Sequence record: OQ921725.1
Length of the DNA: 64,000 nt
Strand: one strand, 5' to 3'
The position numbers and the translations under genes are program-made. Below the pieces are notes generated by a model. The model ran no database searches. It worked only from the letters and a program-made list of their open reading frames with translations, and was not told the DNA's origin. The stretch's first letter is position 1, and each line of letters opens with the position of its first letter. Shown here piece by piece: positions 34,876-44,199 of the stretch.

Positions 34876-35304
34876 TCAGCCCCGGCTGCGGGGCTCGAAG
34901 TGGGGGTGCAGCAGACCGCCGAACACGGCCACCTGGAGAACTTGGTCCAGCGTGTGGGGGTCAAACATGCCAAGTTCGTCCGAGTAGACCCACATCTCGC
35001 AGGCCCGAACGGTCTCGGCGTCCACCGGGTGGAACGGTTTCTCGGTGTCGACCTTGTCCCCGCTGATCATCTCGGCGGTGCTGTAGAGGATCGAGTACGT
35101 GATGATCCGATCCATCAGGCGTTCACAGTTGAGAGGATCGGTGATCCGGATCTTGTAGGCCCAGATGTCGGGTGCTTCACCGCGCGCCCACTCGCCGTGC
35201 GGCTGGAACTGCGGGCCCGGCGAGTACTCCGACTGCCAGTGCGGGTACAGCTCCTGGACTCCGGTCCCGAAGAACAGCGCTTCCGCTTCCTGCCGCAGAC
35301 CCAT
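34876..35304 (-). CDS. Conserved phage-type hypothetical protein
   Basis: C-terminal DPHTLDQVLQVAVFG motif. Confidence 0.7.
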   Translation of the reverse strand: MGLRQEAEALFFGTGVQELYPHWQSEYSPGPQFQPHGEWARGEAPDIWAYKIRITDPLNCERLMDRIITYSILYSTAEMISGDKVDTEKPFHPVDAETVRACEMWVYSDELGMFDPHTLDQVLQVAVFGGLLHPHFEPRSRG

Positions 35305-35522
35305 CAGCTCTCCCTCTCCTTCGGCCACGCGATGGCCCGGCCCTGCCGGATGCCCGGCGGGAAGTGGAAGGCCACGGTGTAGCGCCTGCCGCCCGCCTGG
35401 ACGGTCCGGGACACCCGCAGGCGCCCCTCCTCCGGCTGGTCGCTGACGATCCGTGCCACCTTGCGGTTCGGGCCGACGCCCGGGAAGCGCTCCACCAGGA
35501 AGTCACCGACCGCCGAGATCAT
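35304..35522 (-). CDS. Small basic hypothetical protein
   Basis: Coupling. Confidence 0.65.
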   Translation of the reverse strand: MISAVGDFLVERFPGVGPNRKVARIVSDQPEEGRLRVSRTVQAGGRRYTVAFHFPPGIRQGRAIAWPKERES

Positions 35523-36034
35523 CGGGCCACCGCCAGCAGACCCCGCTCCTCGGCCGCCTGGACGGTCAGCTCAGTGTCGCCGTGAAGCACCGTGATGCCG
35601 CCGTGCGAGCGGATCTCGAAGGTGCACAGCGGGGGAGCGGTCAGGTGTACGCCGATCTCCGGCAGCCTCTGCTCCACGCCGTCCACTGTCACCTTCGCAC
35701 CCCGGCCGGTGGCGCAGTTGACGATGCTCCCTCCGGCCGCGACCGAACCCCGCCCGGACGACACGACCGAACCCCCGCCGGAGACCGAGGTCCCCATGCG
35801 CAGGCCCAGCTTGTCGCGCAGGGTGTTGATCAGGCTGGGCCTGCCGACCTCGACGCCGAAGGAGACTCCTCCCGGGCCAATGGGCCCCGCCCAGGCGGCC
35901 AGCCCCCGGTCGGCCATGACATCGACCGATCGATACTCGGCCCGCTCGTCGACCGTGATGGTGACGGGGAGGTCTCCGGCCATGACGATCACGCGGCCGG
36001 GGCCACCCAGGTCGTGCTGGTGCACGAGTCGCAC
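35519..36034 (-). CDS. Truncated DUF4097-like Gly-rich protein
   Basis: TGRGAKVTV...VHLTAP...IRSHGGITV resembles part of 42178..43008. Confidence 0.55.
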   Translation of the reverse strand: MRLVHQHDLGGPGRVIVMAGDLPVTITVDERAEYRSVDVMADRGLAAWAGPIGPGGVSFGVEVGRPSLINTLRDKLGLRMGTSVSGGGSVVSSGRGSVAAGGSIVNCATGRGAKVTVDGVEQRLPEIGVHLTAPPLCTFEIRSHGGITVLHGDTELTVQAAEERGLLAVAR

Positions 36035-36055
36035 TGTTCTTCTCCCTCTCCGGTC

Positions 36056-36406
36056 CTACTGGTCGTTGCCGAGTGCTTCCCGGCATCCCTTGGTGAAGAT
36101 CTCCCGGGCCCTGTTGACCTCCTGCTCTCCGCCTTCGCCCCGGGAGGCGTCGAGGACGGCGTCCCGGAAGTCGTTCATCCGGGAGAGGAGTTCGTCGTTG
36201 CAGTACAGCGATGCGATCTGGACGGCGTTCGTCAGCTCGGTCGCCGGGTCGGTGTAGCTGGTTCCCAGGCGCCCGGGGATCTGTACGTCGAGCGCCCGCT
36301 GGAGCACGGTCACGAAAGCGTTCTTGGCCCCCGCGCTGTACACCGGCCGCGTCTCGCCTGAGAGTCGGGGCTTCGGGCCAGGACTGTCCTTGTCGAACAG
36401 CTTCAT
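36056..36406 (-). CDS. Hypothetical protein
   Basis: ATGA coupling. Confidence 0.7.
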   Translation of the reverse strand: MKLFDKDSPGPKPRLSGETRPVYSAGAKNAFVTVLQRALDVQIPGRLGTSYTDPATELTNAVQIASLYCNDELLSRMNDFRDAVLDASRGEGGEQEVNRAREIFTKGCREALGNDQ

Positions 36407-36900
36407 CGGTCTTCGTCCCCCAGGAAGGTGATCAGTACGGGCGGCCGTACGAAGCAGGTGTGAATCTGGTGCAGGTGCAAGATCCCGGACGGCGTCAGGT
36501 CTTCCCACCGGGCCTGCCAGTACTCGCCGGTCTTCGTGCTGCGCAAGGTGCGCGCGGTCGAGCCCATGTGAGTGGCCTGGACGACCTCGACCGACAGGTC
36601 CGTGGTGGGGAACTGGGCCCGTATCGTTGCGGCTTTGGCCCGCTCCCCCTTCTCCTCGAAGAGCCGGGCCGCTTCCTCCAGGAGGCTGGCGTCGTAGTTC
36701 CGGCTCTCCTCCGTCGGCCACAGCGGGTCGACCGGGGTGAGCAGACGCCCCTGGGGGCGCAGCATGAGAATGGCGGCACCCACGGCACACTGATCAGGCT
36801 CGGCCTTCCGGGGGAGAACCGCCAGCACGTACATGCCGGGTCCCGGTACCTCTTCCCAGTGGTCCCCGGCCTCCGGGAACTTGACCAAGTCGTTTGCCAT
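36403..36900 (-). CDS. Hypothetical protein
   Basis: RBS AAGGAGAGG. Confidence 0.75.
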   Translation of the reverse strand: MANDLVKFPEAGDHWEEVPGPGMYVLAVLPRKAEPDQCAVGAAILMLRPQGRLLTPVDPLWPTEESRNYDASLLEEAARLFEEKGERAKAATIRAQFPTTDLSVEVVQATHMGSTARTLRSTKTGEYWQARWEDLTPSGILHLHQIHTCFVRPPVLITFLGDEDR

Positions 36901-36936
36901 TTCCTCTCCTTCCGCGCACGGGAGTCTATCATCAAT

Positions 36937-36948
36937 CGGCCTAGGTCA
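36937..36948. promoter_or_regulatory. Operator TGACCTAGGCCG (minus), 8 nt before -10 TAGACT
   Basis: Repeat family; preceded by hairpin 36966-36994. Confidence 0.7.
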
Positions 36949-37002
36949 GGCTGGAAACACAGCGAAGGGGCGACCCCGATCCGGGGCCGCCCCTCGGGTG
37001 GC

Positions 37003-37290
37003 TCAGTCGAGCTGACGCTTGCCGTTCACGACCACGTACTCGTACGCGTAACGGTACGGCAGCTCGTCTCCACTGCCTTGATCCACCTCGGCCAGAACGG
37101 CAGCCTGAAGGACAGTCCAGACCTCTTGCTGGTGGTCCATGAAGAAGTGGCCACGGGACAGCAGGGGCATCTCCGGCTTCCGGCCACCGTCCGGACGCGG
37201 TCGTACAGTGATGACGGCGAAGGCGCCCCAGATGTCGGGAAACAGTTCGAGCTTCTGCCCGATCGGCAGATTGTCGAAGAGGTCGATCAC
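37003..37290 (-). CDS. Hypothetical protein
   Basis: Coupling. Confidence 0.65.
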   Translation of the reverse strand: MIDLFDNLPIGQKLELFPDIWGAFAVITVRPRPDGGRKPEMPLLSRGHFFMDHQQEVWTVLQAAVLAEVDQGSGDELPYRYAYEYVVVNGKRQLD

Positions 37291-37721
37291 CGGAAGACCC
37301 CCTCCAGGACGGCCTTGTCGAACAGCCAGATGCCGTACGGGTTGTCGACCACGACGTGCTCCGCCTTCTTGCCCTCCAGGAACTGGCGGACCAGGTGGCG
37401 CTTCATCTCCTCCAGCAGCGAGGAGGGGAAGTTGTGGGTGTCGGTCGCGTCCCAGTACTCCTCGAACTCAGTGGAGACCAGGTGTCCTTCGTCGTCCCAG
37501 CGCTGCTTCTGCGCCAGCAGGGCCGTGGTGACGGTCGGCTCGTCCAGGGGCAGGTCCCGCAGCATGACCCAGCCGCGCACGTGGGTGCCGAGCTGGATGG
37601 CGGTCAGTCGCAGGGCTTCGGCCGTGGCGAGGATGTCGTACTTGCTCAGGGCCTGGAGCTGCGGGTAGCGGGAGTAGTCGGTGTCGGCCGCAGCCGTGCT
37701 GAACTTCTCGGGGAACTCCAT
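37287..37721 (-). CDS. Hypothetical protein
   Basis: CCGGAACAGGAGAAG leader. Confidence 0.75.
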   Translation of the reverse strand: MEFPEKFSTAAADTDYSRYPQLQALSKYDILATAEALRLTAIQLGTHVRGWVMLRDLPLDEPTVTTALLAQKQRWDDEGHLVSTEFEEYWDATDTHNFPSSLLEEMKRHLVRQFLEGKKAEHVVVDNPYGIWLFDKAVLEGVFR

Positions 37722-37785
37722 GAATCCTTCTCCTGTTCCGGTTTCTGTGATGCCAGAAGGGGCGCCCGTGGGCGCCCCTTGGTGT

Positions 37786-37863
37786 TCAGCGCTGGCCCTC
37801 CTCGCGCTCGCGCGCCTCCTTGAGGGCCTTGCCCGGCTCGCGCTGGGGCAGCTTCTCCGCCAT
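37786..37863 (-). CDS. 25-aa charged peptide
   Basis: MAEKLPQREPGKALKEAREREEGQR; RBS AAGGAGG directly after operator. Confidence 0.55.
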   Translation of the reverse strand: MAEKLPQREPGKALKEAREREEGQR

Positions 37864-37879
37864 GTCTTTCCTCCTTCCC

Positions 37880-37891
37880 TGACCTAGGCCA
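37880..37891. promoter_or_regulatory. Operator TGACCTAGGCCA overlapping minus-strand -10 TAGTGT
   Basis: Repeat family. Confidence 0.75.
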
Positions 37892-37916
37892 CACTATCTG
37901 ATCGAACTCGCCCTGG

Positions 37917-38192
37917 CTACTTGGGCTTTGCCATCTGTTCCTGGATGAGCTTCACGGCCACGATGTCACCGATCTGCTCGGCCAGGCACAGCAGAGCCTG
38001 AACCGCCTGCGTCTCGGTGAGGGCCACGATCATTCCCTCCGGCGAGTCCTCCGCCGGAACCAGAACGTCGGTGCCGTCGACCATGACGAAGCTCTCCACC
38101 AGCACCGGCCGGTACCCGTACCGGTCGTCCTCGTCCAGGTCAGCCAGGGCATCCGTCACCTTGGCCTTGTGATCGATCTCGCTGTGGTGCAT
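37917..38192 (-). CDS. Hypothetical acidic protein
   Basis: CGGAACTGGAGGAGAA leader. Confidence 0.7.
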   Translation of the reverse strand: MHHSEIDHKAKVTDALADLDEDDRYGYRPVLVESFVMVDGTDVLVPAEDSPEGMIVALTETQAVQALLCLAEQIGDIVAVKLIQEQMAKPK

Positions 38193-38258
38193 TTCTCCTC
38201 CAGTTCCGTGAGGTCCCACGGCGAAGGCCCGGCCGCAGCCGGACCCCACCGAAGCGCC

Positions 38259-38648
38259 TCATGCAGTTCCGCTGATCTTCGCCTTCTTCACCGGGTCACA
38301 CACGTGCGCCGCCGCCGCCTCGATCAGTGAGTACAGCCGGGGATCCTGATCCCCCCAGGTGATGTTCGTGTCGCACGCCTCGCACACCGTGGACGCGTCG
38401 GCCGTGTAGATCTGGAAGTTCGGCAGGTTCTGCACGAGCTTCAGCACGGCTTCCAGGTCCCGGCGGTCCACGGCGTACATCCGGTACGGCCAGCCCGGGG
38501 AGACGAACTCCTGTGAGCTTCCGATCTGGCTCGCCACGCTCACGTCGTCCGGGTACTGCTCCAGCCAGAGCTGCATGCGCCGAACCGCAGCCTGAATGTC
38601 CTTGCCCGGCCAGAAGTCCGGGTTCTTGCTGTCAGGGTCGTCGCTCAC
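38259..38648 (-). CDS. Hypothetical protein, C-terminal CEAC...H.C
   Basis: Coupling. Confidence 0.7.
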   Translation of the reverse strand: MSDDPDSKNPDFWPGKDIQAAVRRMQLWLEQYPDDVSVASQIGSSQEFVSPGWPYRMYAVDRRDLEAVLKLVQNLPNFQIYTADASTVCEACDTNITWGDQDPRLYSLIEAAAAHVCDPVKKAKISGTA

Positions 38649-38965
38649 TTGTCCACCTTCTCCTCTTCCCGAAGCGGCCGGATCTCCGAGTGGAGCGCCG
38701 CCTGTCGGACCAGCATCGCCAACGGCTGAACTCCCGCCGTGGCCAGGCCCATCAAGTTCGTGGCGTACCGGTGCTCGAAACCCCGGCCGAGCAGCTTCGT
38801 CAGCACCTCCGAGCGCACCGCCGGGGCGGCTCCGGGGAGCCGCCGCAGCAAGGCGTACAGGTGAAGGAACTCGTCCCACTCCAGGCAGGACTGCGGCGGG
38901 CACTGGCCGGTCGTCAGCTCGATCCGCAGCAGCTCCATGCGGGGTGTGTTGCTGACCAGCTTCAC
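38645..38965 (-). CDS. Hypothetical protein
   Basis: Coupling. Confidence 0.65.
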   Translation of the reverse strand: MKLVSNTPRMELLRIELTTGQCPPQSCLEWDEFLHLYALLRRLPGAAPAVRSEVLTKLLGRGFEHRYATNLMGLATAGVQPLAMLVRQAALHSEIRPLREEEKVDK

Positions 38966-39567
38966 TCCTGCTCGTCCTTCCCGTTGTCGATCACCAGAAC
39001 GTTCGGGTCCCAGCCGCCGTCGTTGCGGTCGACGTAGCAGGCGACCGAGGTGACGGACTGCCCGCGCGTCACGACCCGGGCCGGAGCCAGCACTGAACCG
39101 ACGTAGTAGCCCTTCCGGGCATCGTTGCGGATCTTCACCTTGTCGTTCTGAGCCTTCGACTCGTTGAAGGTCTCGCCCGTGCGGTTCCCGTCGGCGTCCA
39201 GCAGGGACCAGAAGGACCCGTACTGGCCGTACACCTCCCGCGCCGGAATCAGGTTGCCCTCCAGGTCGAAGAGGGCCGCGAAGACCCACATGCCGCCGTT
39301 CTCGGCGATGTCGGCCTGGATCCGGTACTTGTCGGCGTTGATCCCGCTCGCCCACTGCGAAAGGGCACCGTCGGTGTCGCACCGGTCGAACGAGTCGCGC
39401 GACTCCTGCTCCCGCTTGCGGGCCAGGTCTCGCAGCTCCTCGGCCTTCTGCCGGGCGGCCTTCACGTCGTATTCGAAGCCCACCTGAGCGGCGTACGGCA
39501 GGTTCAGGCCCATCTCCTCGGCCATCTCCTTCGCCAGCGCCGTCTCCTCTTCGCGGGTCATTGCCAT
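38962..39567 (-). CDS. Conserved phage-type hypothetical protein
   Basis: ESRDSFDRCDTDGALSQWASG motif; leader CGGAACTGGAG. Confidence 0.75.
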   Translation of the reverse strand: MAMTREEETALAKEMAEEMGLNLPYAAQVGFEYDVKAARQKAEELRDLARKREQESRDSFDRCDTDGALSQWASGINADKYRIQADIAENGGMWVFAALFDLEGNLIPAREVYGQYGSFWSLLDADGNRTGETFNESKAQNDKVKIRNDARKGYYVGSVLAPARVVTRGQSVTSVACYVDRNDGGWDPNVLVIDNGKDEQE

Positions 39568-39587
39568 GTCTTCTCCAGTTCCGGTGA

Positions 39588-39785
39588 TCAGTTGATCGTG
39601 AAAGACCCGAGGGTGACGGACTTCGCTCCCTTGTCGGCGAGCGTTTCCACCACCAGGTCGGGGTTCTTGGCGAAGTTCTCCCGGTCGATCTCCGCCCGCT
39701 CCCCAGGCGTGTTCGCCCCGGGGTACAGGTCCGGGTCGACCTCGTACTCGAAGACGACGGTGACCCGGATGATCTCCTTGCTCAT
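39588..39785 (-). CDS. Hypothetical protein
   Basis: ATGA coupling. Confidence 0.65.
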   Translation of the reverse strand: MSKEIIRVTVVFEYEVDPDLYPGANTPGERAEIDRENFAKNPDLVVETLADKGAKSVTLGSFTIN

Positions 39786-40243
39786 ACCGTCGCCTCCGGC
39801 GCATCGAGTCCGTAGGCGTAGACCACGGAGAAGTTGTCGGCCAGCCAGAACTTCACCCGGCTGGCCACCAGCGCCTTCGGCAGGCCGCCGAGCCCGCAAC
39901 CGAGTGCGGGCAGTGCGACCGAGATCAGGCCCGTGGTGTCCAGGTACGTGGCCAGTCCCGAGAGGCCGAGATCGATGTCTTCGATCCGGGAGTTGTCCCG
40001 CCAGTGCCGCTTGGTTGCGATGCTCAGGATCCGGCGGCCGTCCGGAAGGACTGCGTCGTGCACCAGGCCGGGCTTCATGCGGCCCTCCCGGCAGAAGGTG
40101 ACGTACTCCCCGACCTGCGCGGGCCAGCGGTCCCGGAACTGCCGGGCCAGCCCGGCGCCCGGCACCCCGACGCAGTTGACCGGGTTGACCAGCCCCTGAG
40201 CCTGCGAATCCAGCAAGTTCCCCTGCGTCCAGATCAGTGGCAT
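39782..40243 (-). CDS. Macrodomain ADP-ribosyl hydrolase, DarG/TARG1-like
   Basis: GNLLD, LVNPVNCVGVPGAGLARQF, ATKRHWR.NS, ALPALGCGLGGL. Confidence 0.9.
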   Translation of the reverse strand: MPLIWTQGNLLDSQAQGLVNPVNCVGVPGAGLARQFRDRWPAQVGEYVTFCREGRMKPGLVHDAVLPDGRRILSIATKRHWRDNSRIEDIDLGLSGLATYLDTTGLISVALPALGCGLGGLPKALVASRVKFWLADNFSVVYAYGLDAPEATV

Positions 40244-40244
40244 G

Positions 40245-40445
40245 TCACTTCTCCGTGATGCGCAGGAGACGCCGGGCCGGGATCTTCCGGAGCCTCCCGG
40301 CGCCGAAGTCCAGCACGATCATGCCGTCTTCACCGAACCGGTACCCCTCCAGGCTGCCGTACCCGAAGGCGGTCCCCAGGTGCTCCGGGGGGCCGCCGGT
40401 CTCGTATGCCTCGCCGTCCTCGAACTCAATCCGAACTTCCGCCAT
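40245..40445 (-). CDS. Hypothetical protein
   Basis: Coupling. Confidence 0.65.
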   Translation of the reverse strand: MAEVRIEFEDGEAYETGGPPEHLGTAFGYGSLEGYRFGEDGMIVLDFGAGRLRKIPARRLLRITEK

Positions 40446-40765
40446 CAGGCATCCACCTTCCATGTGTCGACGCTGGCCTCGCTCAGCATCTCCATCCAGT
40501 CGCCGATCACGATCATCCAGTGACCCTCGATCGTCAGGCCCGGGTCCTCGGCGTGAAGACCGAAGCCCTTGTTCCGGGGCGCCCTCACCATCGGGCCCAT
40601 CCGGTACGAGGCGACTGGCCGTAGGCCGTGCGGCGTGTGCCGCTGCACGTCGACCAGGCTGGAGTACGTGAATCGCCCGGTGTCGGACTCCCGGTGGAGG
40701 GTGATGTGCAGCAGCGTCCCGTCCTGTGCCGGTACGTCGATCGCTGCGTTGTCGGGGTGGTTCAC
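40445..40765 (-). CDS. Hypothetical protein
   Basis: 3' part of ORF 40445..40999. Confidence 0.65.
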   Translation of the reverse strand: MNHPDNAAIDVPAQDGTLLHITLHRESDTGRFTYSSLVDVQRHTPHGLRPVASYRMGPMVRAPRNKGFGLHAEDPGLTIEGHWMIVIGDWMEMLSEASVDTWKVDA

Positions 40766-41046
40766 GAGGGCTCCATCCTCTTCGTCTCCATGCGGCCCGA
40801 CGCCAGGCTGCGCTCCAGGATCACGGCGTACCGGATCCGGTCGTCCTGCCTGCGGCCGTACGTGGTGGCGATCAGCGCCGCCTGCTTGCTGGTGTGCTGC
40901 TCCAGGAGGAGTCGGTGATCGCCGTCCCAGCGCAAGCACAGGGACTTGTCCGTCAGCTCCTCGCGAAGACTGTCCCAGCGTTCGCGGTCGCCGCTCCATG
41001 AAGCCCGTAACTCATCGGCCAGGGCTTCGAATTCGTCCTCGCTCAC
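40762..41046 (-). CDS. Hypothetical protein
   Basis: RBS GGGAGAG after operator. Confidence 0.65.
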   Translation of the reverse strand: MSEDEFEALADELRASWSGDRERWDSLREELTDKSLCLRWDGDHRLLLEQHTSKQAALIATTYGRRQDDRIRYAVILERSLASGRMETKRMEPS

Positions 41047-41062
41047 GTCTCTCCCATCCGAA

Positions 41063-41074
41063 TGGCCTAGGTCA
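41063..41074. promoter_or_regulatory. Operator TGGCCTAGGTCA, 3 nt downstream of minus-strand -10 TATCGT
   Basis: Repeat family; preceded by hairpin 41087-41120. Confidence 0.75.
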
Positions 41075-41134
41075 AAGACGATACGCAGAAGGGGCCCCGG
41101 CCGCAACCGGAGCCCCTTCTCTGTGACCTGTGGG

Positions 41135-41356
41135 TCAGACGGCCTTGAGCGCGGCCAGGGCCACGCTGATCGCGGGCTCCTCACCGGCCCGGATGGCGCG
41201 CTCCATCTCGCGGTGGAACTCGGCGTCGGCCGTCTCGGGGTCGGCCTCGATCTTGTCGGAGAGCATGCCCGACACCCAGCTCAGGCTGCTCTCGGGCAGT
41301 CCCGGGAACTTCGAGCTGATCTGGCTGCGGACTTCGGCACGGCTGGGAAGCAGCAT
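41135..41356 (-). CDS. Hypothetical protein
   Basis: CCGGAACAGGAGAAG leader. Confidence 0.7.
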   Translation of the reverse strand: MLLPSRAEVRSQISSKFPGLPESSLSWVSGMLSDKIEADPETADAEFHREMERAIRAGEEPAISVALAALKAV

Positions 41357-41454
41357 GGTGTGTTCTTCTCCTGTTCCGGATCTTTCTGACGGCCATCGTC
41401 AGGCGGGACTTCCACTCGTCCCACGACCCCCTCTCAGGGGTTTCGGCCTCGGAG

Positions 41455-41697
41455 TCAGATCTTGAACCCTCGCCGGGCGGCGGCGACGACCATGCGGATG
41501 GCGTCCTCGTTGCCCGCCCGGACCTCCTTGTCGAGCGCGTTGAAGAGCAGGTCGTCGGAACGGTCCGGCGCCTCGTGCCAGGTGCGCACCATCAGCTCGG
41601 ACATCCACGTGATGGTGCTCTGCGGGAGGTCCGAGAAGATGATCGCCAGACCCACGGCGATGTTCTCGGCGACGGGAACCTCGGTCTCTGCGTTCAC
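41455..41697 (-). CDS. Hypothetical protein
   Basis: Coupling. Confidence 0.65.
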   Translation of the reverse strand: MNAETEVPVAENIAVGLAIIFSDLPQSTITWMSELMVRTWHEAPDRSDDLLFNALDKEVRAGNEDAIRMVVAAARRGFKI

Positions 41698-42176
41698 TTC
41701 TTCTCCTGTTCCTGGTGCCACTTCTTGCGGGCCTCGTTGACCCGCTCTTCCGCCTCCGCCAGCTCGGCGGCCAGGCGGTAGATGTCGGCCAGTCCCTCGC
41801 TGTTGAGGGAGCTGTGGCCGATCAGGCTCCGAACCGCCATGTAGGCGGCCGTCACCGAGAAGCATCCCGGGCTACGGGTGCACGGCTTGTGCGTGCCCCG
41901 GTCGAGCTGGCCGAGGTCCCGGCGCAGTTCCTCCGACAGCTTCAGCCGGTACCGGGCCTTCCGTTCCGGGGTGGCGCGCTCCTGGAGCACTTCGGCGTGG
42001 GGGTGGTTCGGGTCGATGACCCAGCCCCTGCGCTCGATGTACTCCCGCTGGCTCTCGATGTACCGGGTGATGATCTGCCGCATCGCCGGGTAGGCCCGGT
42101 TCCACAGGTCGGCCAGGTGCTCGGCGTCGGCATAGCTGAAGTGTCCCGTCTCGTGGACGAGGTCGGCGTCCAGCAT
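41694..42176 (-). CDS. Hypothetical protein
   Basis: Coding bias. Confidence 0.7.
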   Translation of the reverse strand: MLDADLVHETGHFSYADAEHLADLWNRAYPAMRQIITRYIESQREYIERRGWVIDPNHPHAEVLQERATPERKARYRLKLSEELRRDLGQLDRGTHKPCTRSPGCFSVTAAYMAVRSLIGHSSLNSEGLADIYRLAAELAEAEERVNEARKKWHQEQEKK

Positions 42177-42177
42177 G

Positions 42178-43008
42178 TCAGTAGACGTTCAGGCTGCCGG
42201 AGGACTTCTTCGTCCTGATGTCCAGGTCGGTGCGCCCCCGCGTTCCGCTGATGTTGGCCGACCCGGAGGAGACCCGGACGTCGATGGTGCCGCTGGCGGC
42301 CCGGCCGACGTTCAGGTTCATGCTGCCGGAGGAGACTCGCAGCTTGGCGTGGGAACCGGTGTACTCGCCGATGTTCAGGCTGCCGGACGACGCCTTGGCC
42401 TCGATTCCCTCCGTCACCCGGCCGATCCCGAACGAGCCCGAAGACAGTTCGACGAGGGCCTTGCCGACCGAACCGTGCACGTCGATCGAACCGGAGGACA
42501 GGTCACCCTCGATGCCGACGAGGTCGCCGTGCACGTCGAGCAGACCGGAGCCCAGGTCGGCCCGGATGCCGGACTGCCGGGGCAGCGTGACCTCGACCCG
42601 GACCATGTCCTCCCCGGAGCCGGAGCCGCCGATCACCGTGGCCCCCCTGCCGACCGACACGAAGGAGACGCTGCCGGAGAAGACCATCCGGCTGTTGCCG
42701 CCCTGGATCACGGTCGGCGGGACCTGGAAGTCCGGCACCTTCACGGTCAGTGTGCTGCCGGACAGGTAGATCTTCGTCTTGCGGACGGCGTCGATCACCG
42801 ACTGCACCGTGGACCGGGTGTAGACCCGGACCGAGGCGAAGTCGACGGCGTCCACCGTCACGGTGCCGTGGATCGAGTCACCCGAGATGTCCAGCAGGAC
42901 CGGGCCGGAGTGCTGACCCTTCCCGGAGAACGACTGGTCCGGCAGGCCGTCCCGCTTGCTCAGCTCCGCTCCGGAGCCGCCGCCCTCGTACTTGCTGATC
43001 TCGCCCAT
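42178..43008 (-). CDS. DUF4097-family beta-strand repeat protein
   Basis: Six GSG/SSGS repeats spaced ~19-21 aa. Confidence 0.85.
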   Translation of the reverse strand: MGEISKYEGGGSGAELSKRDGLPDQSFSGKGQHSGPVLLDISGDSIHGTVTVDAVDFASVRVYTRSTVQSVIDAVRKTKIYLSGSTLTVKVPDFQVPPTVIQGGNSRMVFSGSVSFVSVGRGATVIGGSGSGEDMVRVEVTLPRQSGIRADLGSGLLDVHGDLVGIEGDLSSGSIDVHGSVGKALVELSSGSFGIGRVTEGIEAKASSGSLNIGEYTGSHAKLRVSSGSMNLNVGRAASGTIDVRVSSGSANISGTRGRTDLDIRTKKSSGSLNVY

Positions 43009-43040
43009 GTTCTTCCTCTCCCTCTCCGTGTCTTCCGGTC

Positions 43041-43337
43041 TCAGATCTCGTCGTAGCGGCGTTCGTAGGCGATGGCGTTGTCCAGCGCCTCCTGCGGGTC
43101 CATGCCCGAGGTGACGCCCTCGTAGAAGCCGTCCTTGTTCTCGGTGCCGAGCTTCTTCAGCACGGCCACCAGCGCCTCGTTCACGTGGTGGTACGGGGTG
43201 CCGCCATTGCGGCCGTCCTGGATGACCAGGTCGTACTCGTCGATCACGTTCCACTTGTAGAGCAGGTCGGCCAGTTCCTTGGCCGCCGCCAGCAGGTGGA
43301 TCGTGCGCATGTTCAGCTTCTCGTCCTGGGTGGTCAT
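43041..43337 (-). CDS. Hypothetical protein
   Basis: Coupling. Confidence 0.7.
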   Translation of the reverse strand: MTTQDEKLNMRTIHLLAAAKELADLLYKWNVIDEYDLVIQDGRNGGTPYHHVNEALVAVLKKLGTENKDGFYEGVTSGMDPQEALDNAIAYERRYDEI

Positions 43338-43438
43338 GCCGTCTTCCCCTTTCCGGCCGCCCTCCGGCGGTCGATCTCGGTCTTCTTCATGGCGATCAGC
43401 GCCACGACCCCGGCGAACGCCCGGATCACTTCAGGCAT
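43334..43438 (-). CDS. 34-aa hydrophobic/basic peptide
   Basis: MPEVIRAFAGVVALIAMKK...; overlaps both neighbours. Confidence 0.5.
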   Translation of the reverse strand: MPEVIRAFAGVVALIAMKKTEIDRRRAAGKGKTA

Positions 43439-43757
43439 GCGCCACACCCTTCTTGCCCTGCTCGATGATCTGCTGCATCAGCTCCAGCCCGGTCCGCTCG
43501 CCCGCCGTGCTGGGGTTCATTGCCCGGCCGAAGCGGGCCGCCTCGTAGAACGACTCCAGCGCCCGCCACTCGACGGTCACCGTGATCAGGCATGAGCCGT
43601 CACACTCCGGCCAGGTGCAGTGCCTGCCGTGCGCCCCCGGCGACCGCCGGGGGTACGGCTCCTGCTCTTCCGGCTCGGGCGGCGGCGGGCAGGTGCAGGG
43701 GTCGCTCCCGATCCCCGTGCAGCAGGTGCCGCCGCAGCCCCGGCATCCGTAGCTCAC
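43431..43757 (-). CDS. Cys-rich hypothetical protein
   Basis: CRGCGGTCCTG...CTC; HCTWPECDGSC. Confidence 0.65.
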   Translation of the reverse strand: MSYGCRGCGGTCCTGIGSDPCTCPPPPEPEEQEPYPRRSPGAHGRHCTWPECDGSCLITVTVEWRALESFYEAARFGRAMNPSTAGERTGLELMQQIIEQGKKGVAHA

Positions 43758-44182
43758 TGGACACGCGCCGGTTCGTGAGCCCGGCACCATGGGACGCCGG
43801 GGCAGGCCGAGAAGGCGATCCCCTTGCCGAACCTCGGCTTCACGGGGCTGTCGTGCTCGGAGCAGAGCATGACCGGCGGGAAGAAGCCGTCCCACTCGTC
43901 GCTCTCCGGGTCGAAGCCGTCCAGGACGCCGTTCACGGCCGCCAGGATCGCCTTACCGGCGTCACTGTCGGCGCTCAGGCCCTTCTTGGCCATCGCCCTG
44001 CGCCAGGCCGCCACGGCTTCCCTCATGGCCGCCTCGGCGATCCTGCGCTGGTACTCCAGGATGCTGTCGTGACAGAACAGCTCCCGGATCACCGCGTTCA
44101 TCTCCCGGGGGTCGGCGAACGAGCCCGGAGTCCGGACCTTCACCTCTCCCCAGCCGTCGGTGTTCAGCGGCTCGCCCATCAC
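43754..44182 (-). CDS. Hypothetical protein
   Basis: Coupling. Confidence 0.7.
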   Translation of the reverse strand: MMGEPLNTDGWGEVKVRTPGSFADPREMNAVIRELFCHDSILEYQRRIAEAAMREAVAAWRRAMAKKGLSADSDAGKAILAAVNGVLDGFDPESDEWDGFFPPVMLCSEHDSPVKPRFGKGIAFSACPGVPWCRAHEPARVQ

Positions 44183-44199
44183 TCTTCCCCTCTCCTGGT

